Of a DNA stretch of 64,000 nucleotides, positions 41,016-51,471 are shown piece by piece. This DNA is from Candidatus Bathyarchaeota archaeon. GTDB lineage: Archaea > Thermoproteota > Bathyarchaeia > Bathyarchaeales > Bathycorpusculaceae. The notes under the pieces are model-generated. The model saw only the letters and a list, made by a program, of their open reading frames with translations. It ran no database searches and was not told where the DNA came from. Where the stretch lies: positions 192,001 through 256,000 of the forward strand of contig CAWGZR010000003.1 of assembly GCA_963827165.1 (NCBI GenBank). Reading direction: 5' to 3'. The first letter of the stretch is position 1, and every line of letters begins with the position of its first letter. Position numbers and translations under genes: made by a program.

Positions 41016-42058
41016 GAAGCAGATCCTCCTAAACTTATCTCAAGCTTGTACAGAACGCCGTTTATGGTGACATCGTAGCTGAACACGTTTTGTGCTGAAC
41101 CTGAAAAGTCAGACCCTGAGGTGAATGGAACTTCAGGGTAAGAAACCCACTGTTGAAAATGCGAGCTGTTCTCTACGCCTTCAACAACTATGATTAAAGG
41201 GCTTTTGTCAACTATTTCAGGAATTGCGCAACCCAAGGCACCTGATGTGTATTCTAGTGCTTCCTGATGAGCATAGGAGAAGACATAGCAGTTTTGGATT
41301 ACGGCGCCAGAAGAGTTTGTGGCAATGTTTAGGAAGTAGTTGAGGGGGCTTAAAGTCAAAAAGTCACTTGTGGGCGATGTCTCTTGAGTTGAGTTGGACA
41401 GGTCGTAGACTGCATAAGAAGTAACTCTCTCGTCAAAGAACGCCCTAGCAAAAACGAATACTGTGGCGTTGTTTGACGCTGTATTGGGAATTTGAACTGT
41501 GACTTGATCAACTCCACCGTTTGAAGTGCTACTTGTCACATTGCTAACGGCCGTATCTGATACAACGTAGCAGTTTAGAATGGCGCTTACAGGTTGAGAT
41601 TCAATGCTTGTCGAAATCCCTAGAGTAAAAAATGCACCATAAATTGTAGAGACGTTAGCCGATTCTGTAATATCTATGTCCATGACTTGAGAAATTTTGA
41701 CTCCCAACGCAATATTATCTAGCTTGCTTGAGGTTTCCATATCAAGATACGAAAGGGAACAGTTGTTTAAACTGTTCAGTCTAGAGATTTTGTCAATGTC
41801 CACTGCATATGGAATTGTGGAAGAGCTTGCCGCTAATCCAAAATCAGTTGGGTTGCTGCCGCTTGTTCCCCAGTTGCTTGGGGTTCCAGGGTTTGTTACG
41901 ATGTGGTTTGCTATGGCTTGTAGGTAGTTTTGTTCGTTTATGTTTTGGGTATTGTCTATTCGGACCTGCATTGTTGAGCATAGGTAGCCGGTAGCTATCA
42001 GAGCTGCAGCAACTATGATTGTGCATGCGAAGAAAGTGTCAAAAGAGCTCGTTGGCAA
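41012..42058 (-). CDS. Pilus-associated membrane-anchored protein
   Basis: N-terminal TM; PG.P.NWG motif seen in archaeal minor-pilin-like proteins; operonic with the T4P genes. Confidence 0.65.
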   Translation of the reverse strand: MPTSSFDTFFACTIIVAAALIATGYLCSTMQVRIDNTQNINEQNYLQAIANHIVTNPGTPSNWGTSGSNPTDFGLAASSSTIPYAVDIDKISRLNSLNNCSLSYLDMETSSKLDNIALGVKISQVMDIDITESANVSTIYGAFFTLGISTSIESQPVSAILNCYVVSDTAVSNVTSSTSNGGVDQVTVQIPNTASNNATVFVFARAFFDERVTSYAVYDLSNSTQETSPTSDFLTLSPLNYFLNIATNSSGAVIQNCYVFSYAHQEALEYTSGALGCAIPEIVDKSPLIIVVEGVENSSHFQQWVSYPEVPFTSGSDFSGSAQNVFSYDVTINGVLYKLEISLGGSAS

Positions 42059-42072
42059 TCATTATTTCTCCC

Positions 42073-43617
42073 TTAGCTTGGTCCTACGTTCGGATTCAAT
42101 CCCATTTGGAGTGGGTTGAATGTTTTTGCCAGTAACATTTGGGATAACACTAGGGACACGTACGCAACCGAAGCCAGTATAGCTGCGTGCTTGAATCCTG
42201 CGCCCAAGTTGCCTTCGCTGATTTTGCCTATGAAAAATCCTGAAATCCAACATTGGATGATTATTCCAACGGAAAACGTTCCAAGTTGGCTTTGCATCAC
42301 TGAAGTGGTTGATGCTAAGACACTGCTACTTACCACGCCAGAGATCATGTTTGCTGTAAATGCTACTATTACTGTGGTAACTGCGATTAATACGCTCCAC
42401 ATAAGGGCAAGAAGCACATATGGCTTCAATAGTTCACGGCGGTTAATCTGAAGTTCTCGTTCTTTTTCGCTATATTCCGCAAGTATTTCAAGTGACTGGA
42501 TAGAGTTCCCGCCGACTTCTATGGTTTCAACTACCATGGCGAAGTTAATTATGACAAACCAGCTACGAATTTTAGTGCGCAAGTTATCAAAAGTCTTTCT
42601 TAGAGGAATACCCCACTCTATTTGACTGCGCATTAGATCCAGAAATTTTGAGAATGATCCGTAGTCCTTCCTTTTTGTGGCTTGAATGATACTTTTCTCA
42701 GGGGAAAGACCTGCTTTCTGGGACTCGGATATGTTTCGAATGAACGCTGGAATTGAATCTTCAGCATTATAGTTTATTTTGGAAATTTGACGGTATTGAA
42801 TAGCAATCGGCACTGAAGAAGCGACCAAGCAAATAGTGGTAACTTCAGGTAACCCTATTGGGCCTAACCCTTTCGATAATGAAGGAAGCAACCCAAAAGC
42901 ACCTATCACCGCAAAAGCAGGAATCACAAACATCAACGCTTTTTTATAAAGGTCTTTCAAGTTTGGGAAAGCACTTTTTTGCATGCTGTGAGCCATCAAG
43001 ATGAAGAGAACGGACATGAAGGGGAGCAAGATGAATGCTATTAAGTAAGAAATCGTAGGTGAAATGGAGACGGACATTCCCCCCGTGAGTGCACCAATGT
43101 TTGAAGCTGATAGAACGACAAAGAGAATGTATGTGCATAATACGACTATTAGCATAACCGAGTATGCTTCAACCAGAGTTACAATCCTCTCTATTGAGCG
43201 GTTGAGACCGTTAGTTCTTAGCTCAAAGATTTCTTTTAGCTGGCTTTTCATGTAATCGACTAGTTTTCCGCCGCTTCTAATTGATGAGACAAATCCGCCG
43301 AGGAAATTTCTGTACTGCTTTGACACCGTAGTTTCTGCCCGAAGCTGCATGACTGTAAGGGGATCTTTGCCTAGAACCTCGACTTGGCGAATAATTTCCT
43401 CTGCTTCTTTTTTGAACCACGGAAGGAACGAGAGTTTTCGCATTTTCTTCCAACTGTCATATGGGGAGACTCCGCTTGCAGCTAAAAGAGTAAAAACAAT
43501 CAATGCAAATGGGAGTTCCGATTCAGTTTTTTCTTTTTCTTCGCTTCCAGCTTTTGAGATGGATCCGAAAAGCTTGCCGATAAATCCGCCAGGCACCTTC
43601 ATCTCAGGATTCCTCAT
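42073..43617 (-). CDS. Type IV filament membrane platform protein (TadC/ArlJ-like, two T2SSF domains)
   Basis: ELPFAL...LAASGVSP, LGKDPL, IRSGG, YGSFS...QIEWG; multiple TMs; follows the ATPase. Confidence 0.9.
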   Translation of the reverse strand: MRNPEMKVPGGFIGKLFGSISKAGSEEKEKTESELPFALIVFTLLAASGVSPYDSWKKMRKLSFLPWFKKEAEEIIRQVEVLGKDPLTVMQLRAETTVSKQYRNFLGGFVSSIRSGGKLVDYMKSQLKEIFELRTNGLNRSIERIVTLVEAYSVMLIVVLCTYILFVVLSASNIGALTGGMSVSISPTISYLIAFILLPFMSVLFILMAHSMQKSAFPNLKDLYKKALMFVIPAFAVIGAFGLLPSLSKGLGPIGLPEVTTICLVASSVPIAIQYRQISKINYNAEDSIPAFIRNISESQKAGLSPEKSIIQATKRKDYGSFSKFLDLMRSQIEWGIPLRKTFDNLRTKIRSWFVIINFAMVVETIEVGGNSIQSLEILAEYSEKERELQINRRELLKPYVLLALMWSVLIAVTTVIVAFTANMISGVVSSSVLASTTSVMQSQLGTFSVGIIIQCWISGFFIGKISEGNLGAGFKHAAILASVAYVSLVLSQMLLAKTFNPLQMGLNPNVGPS

Positions 43618-45196
43618 TTGAAGCTTCTTTAACGGCTAACTCTGCAAGGTTGAGTGAGCTGTTTAACGCTTTGTGCACGCTTCTGAAGTCTCGGAGGTTT
43701 TTACTGACCATGTTTAGAAGGATCTGTTTTCTTCGTTGAAACTCTTCTTCAACTACGCTTAAGGGTGCATCTAGATTCTTTGCGATTTTATTGAACAAGT
43801 AGCTCTTGTCGAGGGTTTCCTGGAATGTGTCTGTTGAAATGTTCCAGCTGAACACTTCAAGGGGAAGGCCGCTGTCGGTAATTTCAGCAATTTTAACGAA
43901 TTTTCGTGAAGAAACCTTTCTTTCTTGAAGGTTGATGCTTTGGGTTTTGACTTGCTTAACGACTATGACACAATTCATCAGCGAGAGAATGTTCTGTGGA
44001 ATGTTCATAGGAGGCTGCGTGAGCCTTTTTATGACCGTATCCACATCGTCAGCATGCATAGTGCACATTCCACCGTGGCCTGTAGCTAAAGCCTGGAAAA
44101 GCACGTATGCTTCTTCGCCTCTAATTTCGCCTACAAGAATCAAAGCTGGCCTATGCCTTACGGCTGACTTTATCAAGTCATAAAGTGTGACTTCTCCCGT
44201 GCTGTCCCCACCGAAACCAGTTCTCGCAATCGTTGAAACCCAGTTTTCTTGCGGCAAGTTGATTTCTTGGACTTCCTCAACGGAAACCATCTTGAAATCT
44301 GGACGTACCAAGCATGCAATGGCGTTCAACGCGGTTGTTTTTCCAGCGCCTGTTGGACCCACGATCATTACTGACATTTTGTTTTCCATCAGCATCCAGA
44401 GATAAGCGGCGATTGACTCGTCGATTGTTTCGTTCATAATTAAGTCGACTATGGTTAGAGGGTCATCTTTGAATTTTCTGATGGTGAAGCTGGTTCCTGC
44501 TGGGGTTGTTTCTTTTCCGAATGAAACTGCGAGCCTGTGCTTTCCGGGAAGAGTCAAATCAACTATGGGATGCGCTATGCTAACATGTTTCCCTTGCCTG
44601 TGCACAATCCGTGTTATGAAGTCGTCAAGTTCTTCCTCTTCTGTAAAAATGATGTTGGTTCGTGCGTTAGCGTATTTTCTATGATAAATGTATACGGCTT
44701 TGTTTATGCCCAAGACACTTATGTCTTCTATTTGCTGGTCACAAATCAGACCATCTATTTTTCCGTAGCCGATCAAATCTTTTTCGAGATAATAAATTAT
44801 TTTTTTTATGCCTACGTGGTTAGCTCCTTCGAAGGCTTTTTGATGTTCTTCAATAATTGTTGGAAGTTGCCTATGGAACGAGTCAACCAGAGTTTCATCA
44901 AATCGTGGCGCTTTGAGTTCATACTCTAATATGTTCTTTAGTTGGTTGTATGACTCCCGCTCTTCTCGAGTAAGCGTCAGTTCGTCGACTGCATAGAAGT
45001 AGCTGCCCTCGGATTCGTCTTGGAAGATCCAGGCATAAGAGAACGGCGGATTAAGAGGGTAACTTTCAACTTCAACGTAACCCTCAGGCACCTTATAGCC
45101 TTGAATACCTAAGTATGCCACAAGTTCCTCATCGGAAGTTTTAACTTTCGCTTCCTCTTCATCCCGTTTCTTTTTTCCCAATTTCATTTTCATCAT
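43604..45196 (-). CDS. Type IV filament assembly ATPase (VirB11/TadA/ArlI family)
   Basis: GYGKID, FTIRKF, GPTGAGKTT, LVGEIRGEE, ATGHGG..TMHA. Confidence 0.95.
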   Translation of the reverse strand: MMKMKLGKKKRDEEEAKVKTSDEELVAYLGIQGYKVPEGYVEVESYPLNPPFSYAWIFQDESEGSYFYAVDELTLTREERESYNQLKNILEYELKAPRFDETLVDSFHRQLPTIIEEHQKAFEGANHVGIKKIIYYLEKDLIGYGKIDGLICDQQIEDISVLGINKAVYIYHRKYANARTNIIFTEEEELDDFITRIVHRQGKHVSIAHPIVDLTLPGKHRLAVSFGKETTPAGTSFTIRKFKDDPLTIVDLIMNETIDESIAAYLWMLMENKMSVMIVGPTGAGKTTALNAIACLVRPDFKMVSVEEVQEINLPQENWVSTIARTGFGGDSTGEVTLYDLIKSAVRHRPALILVGEIRGEEAYVLFQALATGHGGMCTMHADDVDTVIKRLTQPPMNIPQNILSLMNCVIVVKQVKTQSINLQERKVSSRKFVKIAEITDSGLPLEVFSWNISTDTFQETLDKSYLFNKIAKNLDAPLSVVEEEFQRRKQILLNMVSKNLRDFRSVHKALNSSLNLAELAVKEASNEES

Positions 45197-45636
45197 TCAC
45201 CTGACAAAGTTAAGCTGACGGTTTTGTTTACACAAGAGCATTGCAAAAGAGGCCTGCCGTAAGTACTAATGAAAGCCCCTGAAGCGACTACCTGGGCTGG
45301 TATGCAGACGCCTGACGGATTCAGGTTGACTGTTGATCCAAGTCCTGAGCCAACCCATGCTCCAGAAGAATCGTTTGCAATGCAGATCCAATAAACTTGG
45401 TTTCCCACTTGGGTTGGCAGATCCAAATATTGCGTTACATTTTCGTTGTCTTGAGTTACGTGCGAAAGAATAAGGAGACTTTGTGTGGCAACGTATTGTT
45501 CAATGTTTGTCAATTGCTGGCTTTCCGCTTCGTTTTTTACGTTTGCCGTGGCGAGGCAGCAGCTTGCGACGATAATGACTCCTACTATAAGCGAGGCAAA
45601 CAAAGAATAAACCCATCCTGGAATTATCGACGGCAT
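45193..45636 (-). CDS. Pilus-associated small protein
   Basis: N-terminal TM; LDLP.QVG...Y motif; operonic. Confidence 0.65.
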   Translation of the reverse strand: MPSIIPGWVYSLFASLIVGVIIVASCCLATANVKNEAESQQLTNIEQYVATQSLLILSHVTQDNENVTQYLDLPTQVGNQVYWICIANDSSGAWVGSGLGSTVNLNPSGVCIPAQVVASGAFISTYGRPLLQCSCVNKTVSLTLSGE

Positions 45637-45639
45637 TGT

Positions 45640-46479
45640 TTACGGTGTGTCCTCCTCGACTGATACGTTGGAAATGACAATCTGAACGTGAATAATCGCA
45701 CCAGCGGGAGTGCTCGAAATCGGCACAGAAACCTTTCCAAATATACCATTCAATTGCGAAGTAACTACAAAGTTTTCAGTTTGATGGTTAATTTGGTAAG
45801 TTGCAGTTGTCATCTGGGCACTTAAGCAAGAGATCTTCAGCGGAAGCTCTCCACACAACGAAAGTGGTGTCGACGAATTCAAGTTAACAATGTAAATGCG
45901 AATGTCTGTTACTGCTTGACCGTTTTCTGTTCCAGCAGGTGCATAGGTTAATTCCGGTCGGTATCCTAAATGGATTTGAGGCCCCTGTAAGCTGCCTGCA
46001 ATGAAAAGCTGGCTTGTTGATGAGCCACTTTGGTTCGTAATTGCGCTGCTATCGCCTTCGATGTAGAATCCTAAGTCGGCTGATTGTGAAGGAGGTAGAT
46101 CATATACGATTTGGCCCATATTTGAGTTGAAGATGGTTTCGTTGGTTCCTGCGTTCTCTAAAACACTCAACATCAAATTGTTAGAAGATGGTTGAATGTT
46201 TATCTGTCCGCCTGAATCCCGGAAGTCAAGGACGGATGCTGACCCTGGCTGAGAAATTACAGACAAGATGTTGTTATCTAAAGAAGTCATATCTTGTTGT
46301 GCAGTTAACACTTGCAAAGACTGCTGCCGATCGTTGACCTGCTGAACGGCAAACACGTAAGTTACCGATATCAAAAGCAAAGTCGAAACGAAGAGAATCA
46401 GGTAAGTTACAGGTACAGCTAACGCTTTGCTGGAATGAAGGAAACGGGGATGCGTGTGTTTCCGCGAAGTCACCGTCAA
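45640..46479 (-). CDS. Minor pilin-like protein (class III signal peptide)
   Basis: SSKA|LAVPVTYLILFVSTLLLIS. Confidence 0.7.
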   Translation of the reverse strand: MTVTSRKHTHPRFLHSSKALAVPVTYLILFVSTLLLISVTYVFAVQQVNDRQQSLQVLTAQQDMTSLDNNILSVISQPGSASVLDFRDSGGQINIQPSSNNLMLSVLENAGTNETIFNSNMGQIVYDLPPSQSADLGFYIEGDSSAITNQSGSSTSQLFIAGSLQGPQIHLGYRPELTYAPAGTENGQAVTDIRIYIVNLNSSTPLSLCGELPLKISCLSAQMTTATYQINHQTENFVVTSQLNGIFGKVSVPISSTPAGAIIHVQIVISNVSVEEDTP

Positions 46480-46917
46480 ATGTCTTTTCAGCCTACCTGT
46501 ACCTTTCGTTAATAGAAGTTCAGGGAAAGTGCATTAAGCCGTTTGTGCGTCACACATAATACATAACTAAAAGAAGACCTGCAAGACACAAACAAACCCG
46601 GCCATGTAATGCTCATCTTCTTCGATTGGTTTGAAAATTAGTGAAGAGTCCAATGAATTCACTCTTTGAATCATTAGGGAAAAAGTGATGTCGTTTTTGT
46701 TTTTATTATGTAGTTTTACAATATTGCGTGTTACTTCATTGTTTTGGTGCATAACTCTTTTATGTTAATTTCTTGAATATTAATACAGCTTAGTTAAGCG
46801 GTGTGAGATAAAGCCTTCCCCCCCAACAAGAAAAGCTAATGGATTCAGGATCGCAGACAACGCTTCCAGCCCAAATAAAGTAAAGGACGAGGAAAACATG
46901 TTTCCGCCCGAATAGCC

Positions 46918-47349
46918 ATGAGAGTTGAAAGCTTTGAAGCAATGACTAAAATCGTAATCGCGCTTTTTGTTTCCGTTCTATTTCTCCACGTCGTAGCAGC
47001 TTTGTTAACCTACATTACTGTCAGCTCAGGCAGGTACGTTGAAGGCAACCCAACCACTGCAATGCTCCAAATTAGATATGGCTTAACTGACGGGTTAATG
47101 TTGACCTTACTCCAGGGAGCGCTATTGTCAATAATTCCTTTAATGACCTACATAGGATCATTAAAATATGCACAATCAAACCTTGTGCCGCCGTTCGAAA
47201 AAGCGGGCCTTTTGCAGATGGTAAAATACTTCTTTTTTCCCTTAGCCATTTCCGTTTTGGTTTATCTTACTTTGATAGCTGGGGCAGACGTTATCCACGA
47301 CTTAGCCATTGTTTTTAGCAACGGACACCTAAACTTGTGGAGTTTTTAG
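46918..47349 (+). CDS. Membrane protein, DUF5658-like
   Basis: Three TMs; LTY....GRYVEGNP motif. Confidence 0.55.
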   Translation: MRVESFEAMTKIVIALFVSVLFLHVVAALLTYITVSSGRYVEGNPTTAMLQIRYGLTDGLMLTLLQGALLSIIPLMTYIGSLKYAQSNLVPPFEKAGLLQMVKYFFFPLAISVLVYLTLIAGADVIHDLAIVFSNGHLNLWSF

Positions 47350-47638
47350 AAACAAAAAACCGCGGCAAATGAACATCAAAGAAGCCCACTATTGTATTCA
47401 CAGTTTTTGTTCGCCACAATCTGTAGCCGGAAAGTTTGCCAAATAGTTATCGATAACTTGATTTCCCGACATTTAACTCGAGGGATTGAACCTATATGTT
47501 TGATGTCATTGCAGAATAATAATCATAAAATTAATGACCGCGTGCTGTGTAAAAGGAAGTTTTCTATTATTTAAACAAAAAAAGAAAGTGGGGGGATTTT
47601 GTGGGGGTAGATTATATTTATGGATATTTAATCTACGA

Positions 47639-48231
47639 CTACGGATTGTACGCTTGGACGTTGGCTTCTTGGTAGTACATTGCTTGTGAAGTGAACACAG
47701 TGATTCCAACAGTTAAGCCAATGTCGTTAATTGTAATGCTGTCTGGGCAAACGACATAGACGGTCATGGTATCGCCAGATTTCAAAGTGATGTCGCCTGA
47801 GGCTGGGGATTGCCAGTTGCAGCTGCAATATTTGCGGCTGCAGAAACGCCTGTATCTCCAGAAGTGCCAGGCACATATAGAAGGTCGGTGGTTACGGTGA
47901 GCTACCTCGAAATAGATGGTGAGGCCGAAGATCTGCGGTTTGTCCTCTGACTGTGATTTTAGTTATAACAACGTCTCGTCCGCCAGTGTTAATTATCACA
48001 AAAGCCGCCTCAGGGGGTGTAACGCCAGTCTTATCCTCGATAGTTCCTTGTGGAACACCATACGTGGAGGTATTCAAGCGATAGACTTTCCTCTTGAACA
48101 CGTGTGCTAGTAACGTTGATTGCGTAGTAAGTGACGACGCCTGCGAGAAGCACTGAAACCACTAGAATAATCAATGTAGTAACGACTGTACTTAAAGCCA
48201 AACGATTCTTCAGTATATTCTTCATTTTCAT
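47639..48231 (-). CDS. Major pilin/archaellin-like paralogue A (several frameshifts)
   Basis: MKMKNILKNRLA|LSTVVTTLIILVVSVLLAGVVTYYAIN...INTGGRDVVI...NDIGLTVGITVFTSQAMYYQEANVQAYNP*. Confidence 0.82.
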
Positions 48232-48623
48232 TTTATTTTTCACTTGAAAAAACAAATCCGCAAACTAAAGATAAGTAAACTTGTGCATACAAAAAAAGAC
48301 AGATAAAAACGAAAGAAAACTTTTTGAAATAATAAACTCTCAGTCTTTATTGATTTATTCAGTTTGTAGTGTTTCCTTGGGTTTAAACTGATATCATCCA
48401 ATGCTCCTGCTAAACTGAATTTCATAAGCCATGCATCGGAGTTTTCTTACAAGATACGATAATAGATCAAGTTGCTGATTCCTAAGCCATGTTACCCTTC
48501 AGATTCACATCCAAAAAACTATTCAGAGTTAGAACTAAGATCATTTATATTTGAAAAATTAAATTTATTATAAAAAGAAAAAGAAGGTGGGGGGTTTTTG
48601 TTGAATTGGAACTTCCTTTTAGC

Positions 48624-49217
48624 TTATGCGGCTTGGACGTTTGCTTCTTGGTAGTACATTGCTTGCGATGTGAACACAGTGATTCCAACTGTTAAGCCAA
48701 TGTCGTTGATGGTGATGCTGTCTGGCATTGGATGTAAGCAATCATGTGTATCGCCAGAATGAAGGGTTAATGTCGCCAGCTCCGGCGGTCAATTAACATG
48801 GTAGAGCTGTTATGACCCTGCTACCGAGACATTCAGCGATAGCATCGGCGGTTCATATTGTAGGTCAGCTGAATGAAGCTGTTAAGGTAGTAACTGGGTG
48901 ATATACCGGTAGTCCACAGCACCAAAGTCAGCGGTTTGTCCTCTGAATTGGATTTTATTTATAACCACGTCTCGTCCGCCAGTGTTAATTATCACAAAAG
49001 CAGCTTGAGCGGGATTACCACTGGTGGGGCCACCCGATGAAGTGACCAACGTGTAGGTATGTCAAGATAGACTTTCCTCTTGGACACGTGTGCTTGTAAC
49101 GTTGATTGCGTAGTATGTGACGACGCCTGCGAGAAGAACTGAAACCACTAGAATAATCAATGTAGTAACGACTGTACTTAAAGCCAAACGATTCTTCAGT
49201 ATATTCTTCATTCTCAT
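48624..49217 (-). CDS. Major pilin/archaellin-like paralogue B (several frameshifts; absent from the ORF track)
   Basis: MRMKNILKNRLA|LSTVVTTLIILVV...INTGGRDVVI...NDIGLTVGITVFTSQAMYYQEANVQAA*. Confidence 0.82.
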
Positions 49218-49301
49218 TTTATTTTTCACTTGAAAAAACAAATCCGCAAACTAAAGATAAGTAAACTTGTGCATACAAAAAAAGACAAATAAAAAAGAAA
49301 C

Positions 49302-49324
49302 AAAAAAGGGGTTTTTCAAACCCC
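49302..49324 (-). terminator. Hairpin plus U-tract after pilin C
   Basis: Minus strand GGGGTTT-GAA-AAACCCC followed by TTTTTT. Confidence 0.6.
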
Positions 49325-49340
49325 ATCCGCTATTTTAGTC

Positions 49341-50006
49341 TTAGTCAGCTTGTACGTTGCATTCTTGGTAGTACATTGCTTGTGCCGTGTAGATAGTTAT
49401 GCTGACTGTTAAGCCAATGTCGTTAATAGTAATGCTATCAGGATTAACGATGTAGAGCAGCATTGTATCACCCGATTTCAGAACCAAATCAGTTGAGGCG
49501 TAGCTAAATACGAATCCACCAGTGGTCACTGTGCCGCCAAGTAGACTAAATTGCTGTCCTGCAGGTGTTGTTGTGAGAGGGTCGGTTCCCGGTTGTACCA
49601 TAGTAGGCTGGAAGTACATGTCAGTTTGTATAGGCGAACTGGTTACTGAGTCCACTACAAATTGAGCGTCGTGAGTCGCGTCTACGAAGGATGACCATGC
49701 TGCGTCTTGTCCTCGGATCTCGATCTTCGTGATGACGACGTCTCTACCGCCAGTATTAATAACCTTAACAGAAGCCTGAGAATAAATTGCACTTCCTGCT
49801 GCTTGTCCTGGGTTGAGCCAAATGTGCGCGTCACTCAATGAAAGGCTTTCTTCTTGAACCCGTGTGCTAACGACGTTGATTGCATAGTAGGTGACGACTC
49901 CTGCCAAAAGCACGGAAATAACGAGAATAATTAGTGTTGCAACGACCTCGCTAAGAGCGTACTTGTTTTTCATGAATCTTTGGAAAGAATTGTAGTTGAG
50001 CTTCAA
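49341..50006 (-). CDS. Major pilin/archaellin-like paralogue C (intact)
   Basis: KNKYA|LSEVVATLIILVISVLLAGVV...INTGGRDVVI...MYYQECNVQAD*; GGAGGTGA SD. Confidence 0.9.
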   Translation of the reverse strand: MKLNYNSFQRFMKNKYALSEVVATLIILVISVLLAGVVTYYAINVVSTRVQEESLSLSDAHIWLNPGQAAGSAIYSQASVKVINTGGRDVVITKIEIRGQDAAWSSFVDATHDAQFVVDSVTSSPIQTDMYFQPTMVQPGTDPLTTTPAGQQFSLLGGTVTTGGFVFSYASTDLVLKSGDTMLLYIVNPDSITINDIGLTVSITIYTAQAMYYQECNVQAD

Positions 50007-50079
50007 TTGTATTTTTCACCTCCCGCTATAGTGAAAAGCGATGAGTTTCTGATACCTGTGAATTTTTGATGTTTAACGT

Positions 50080-50117
50080 ATGAACCCACCTTTAGTCATG
50101 CAGTTAGGCGGTTTCAT
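50080..50117. promoter_or_regulatory. Imperfect palindrome directly downstream of the TATA box of pilin C
   Basis: ATGAACCCACCT-N14-AGGCGGTTTCAT abutting TTTATAA (minus strand); repeated upstream of pilin D. Confidence 0.5.
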
Positions 50118-50673
50118 TATAAATCTCTTCTGTAGCACGATTTAAGATACGGCGTACATGTCGAAAATAAGGTAGCACAAGCCAACTTCACAATATGAAT
50201 TCCAAATCACACGGCTTAAGGAAAATTGTGGACTATTGTCTTATATGAGTAGACTTCTCACGTTCATATTTTACTTACCCCAGATGATTTTTAGCTGTTA
50301 TCAATGTTTGTACGTCTTTTTTCCTTCAATCACAACAGCTTTAAAAAATCATTGAACTTTTTTTTAACGCCGGTGTTTCATCTGTTGCGTCAAACAGACG
50401 GGACTTTAGAAATCTTTGAAAAAGGCCCTGCCCTCTAAGCTGCTTCCGTAAACTCAAAATATCTTTGCAACGGAACCTTTCAATCTCTTTTTCAATCGAC
50501 CGCACTTCCTAAACGAGTTTTCGTTTCATCTGCAGACTAACAAGTGTCGAACGAAAACTAAGTTGTCTTTTAAATTTTGTTTCGATTAAGTTAAAAAAAA
50601 CAGATAAGGTAAAAATGGGGTTCTAATGCCCCCATACTCTGGACCATTTTGCGTTATGCGGTTTTTATTTTGC

Positions 50674-51364
50674 TTAGTTGGCTTGGACGTTGCATTCTTG
50701 GTAGTACATTGCCTGCGCAGTGTAGATGGTTATACTGACGGTTAAGCCAATGTCGTTGATGGTGATGCTGTCAGGATTGATTATGTAGAGCAGCATTGTG
50801 TCACCTGATTTGAGAACCAAGTCAGTGGTGGCGTAGTTGAAGATGATATTCCTCCGGCGGTTAGATGCTGGTGCAGTCGTTGCTAGCTAAGACCTGTTAA
50901 GGCCTGCATAGATTGGTTCTGTCTGGCTGCTGGGTCAGCTGTTGGGATTGCCATAGACTAGCCTTGGAAGTACATGTCAGTTTGTATAGGTGAATTAGTT
51001 ACTGAATAGATAACGAATTGACTGTCTAATGGGCACTGTCTGCCCAGGATGACCATGCGGCGTCTTGTCCTCGGATCTCAATCTTAGTGATGACGACGTC
51101 TCTACCGCCAGTATTAATGACCTTAAAAGAAGCCTGAGAATAGGTTGAACTTCCTGCTGCTTGACCTGGGTTGAGCCATATGTGCGCGTCACTCAAGGAA
51201 AGGCTTTCTTCTTGAACTCGTGTGCTAACGACGTTAATTGCGTAGTAGGTGACGACACCTGCCAAAAGCACTGAAATAACCAGGATAATTAGTGTTGCAA
51301 CGACCTCGCTAAGAGCGTACTTGTTTTTCATGAATCTTTGGAAAGAATTGTAGTTGAGCTTCAA
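50674..51364 (-). CDS. Major pilin/archaellin-like paralogue D (frameshifts in the central region)
   Basis: N-terminus nearly identical to C; C-terminus LVLKSGDTMLLYIINPDSITINDIGLTVSITIYTAQAMYYQECNVQAN*. Confidence 0.85.
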
Positions 51365-51433
51365 TTGTATTTTTCACCTCCCACTATAGTGAAAAGCGAT
51401 GAGTTTCTGTACCTTGAATTTTTTGTTTAACGT

Positions 51434-51471
51434 ATGAACCCACCTTTAGTATAGCAGTTAGGAGGTTTCAT
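51434..51471. promoter_or_regulatory. Imperfect palindrome directly downstream of the TATA box of pilin D
   Basis: ATGAACCCACCT-N14-AGGAGGTTTCAT, within a ~200-bp upstream region duplicated with pilin C. Confidence 0.5.

Noticed and set aside
46553-46566. EarA-type TACATA boxes upstream of the pilus operon
   Set aside because: Only one exact and one inexact hexamer in AT-rich DNA, and no EarA gene recognised.
47639-51364. Diversity-generating retroelement acting on the pilins
   Set aside because: No reverse transcriptase in the window; differences between copies are not adenine-specific and sit mid-gene rather than in a C-terminal variable repeat.
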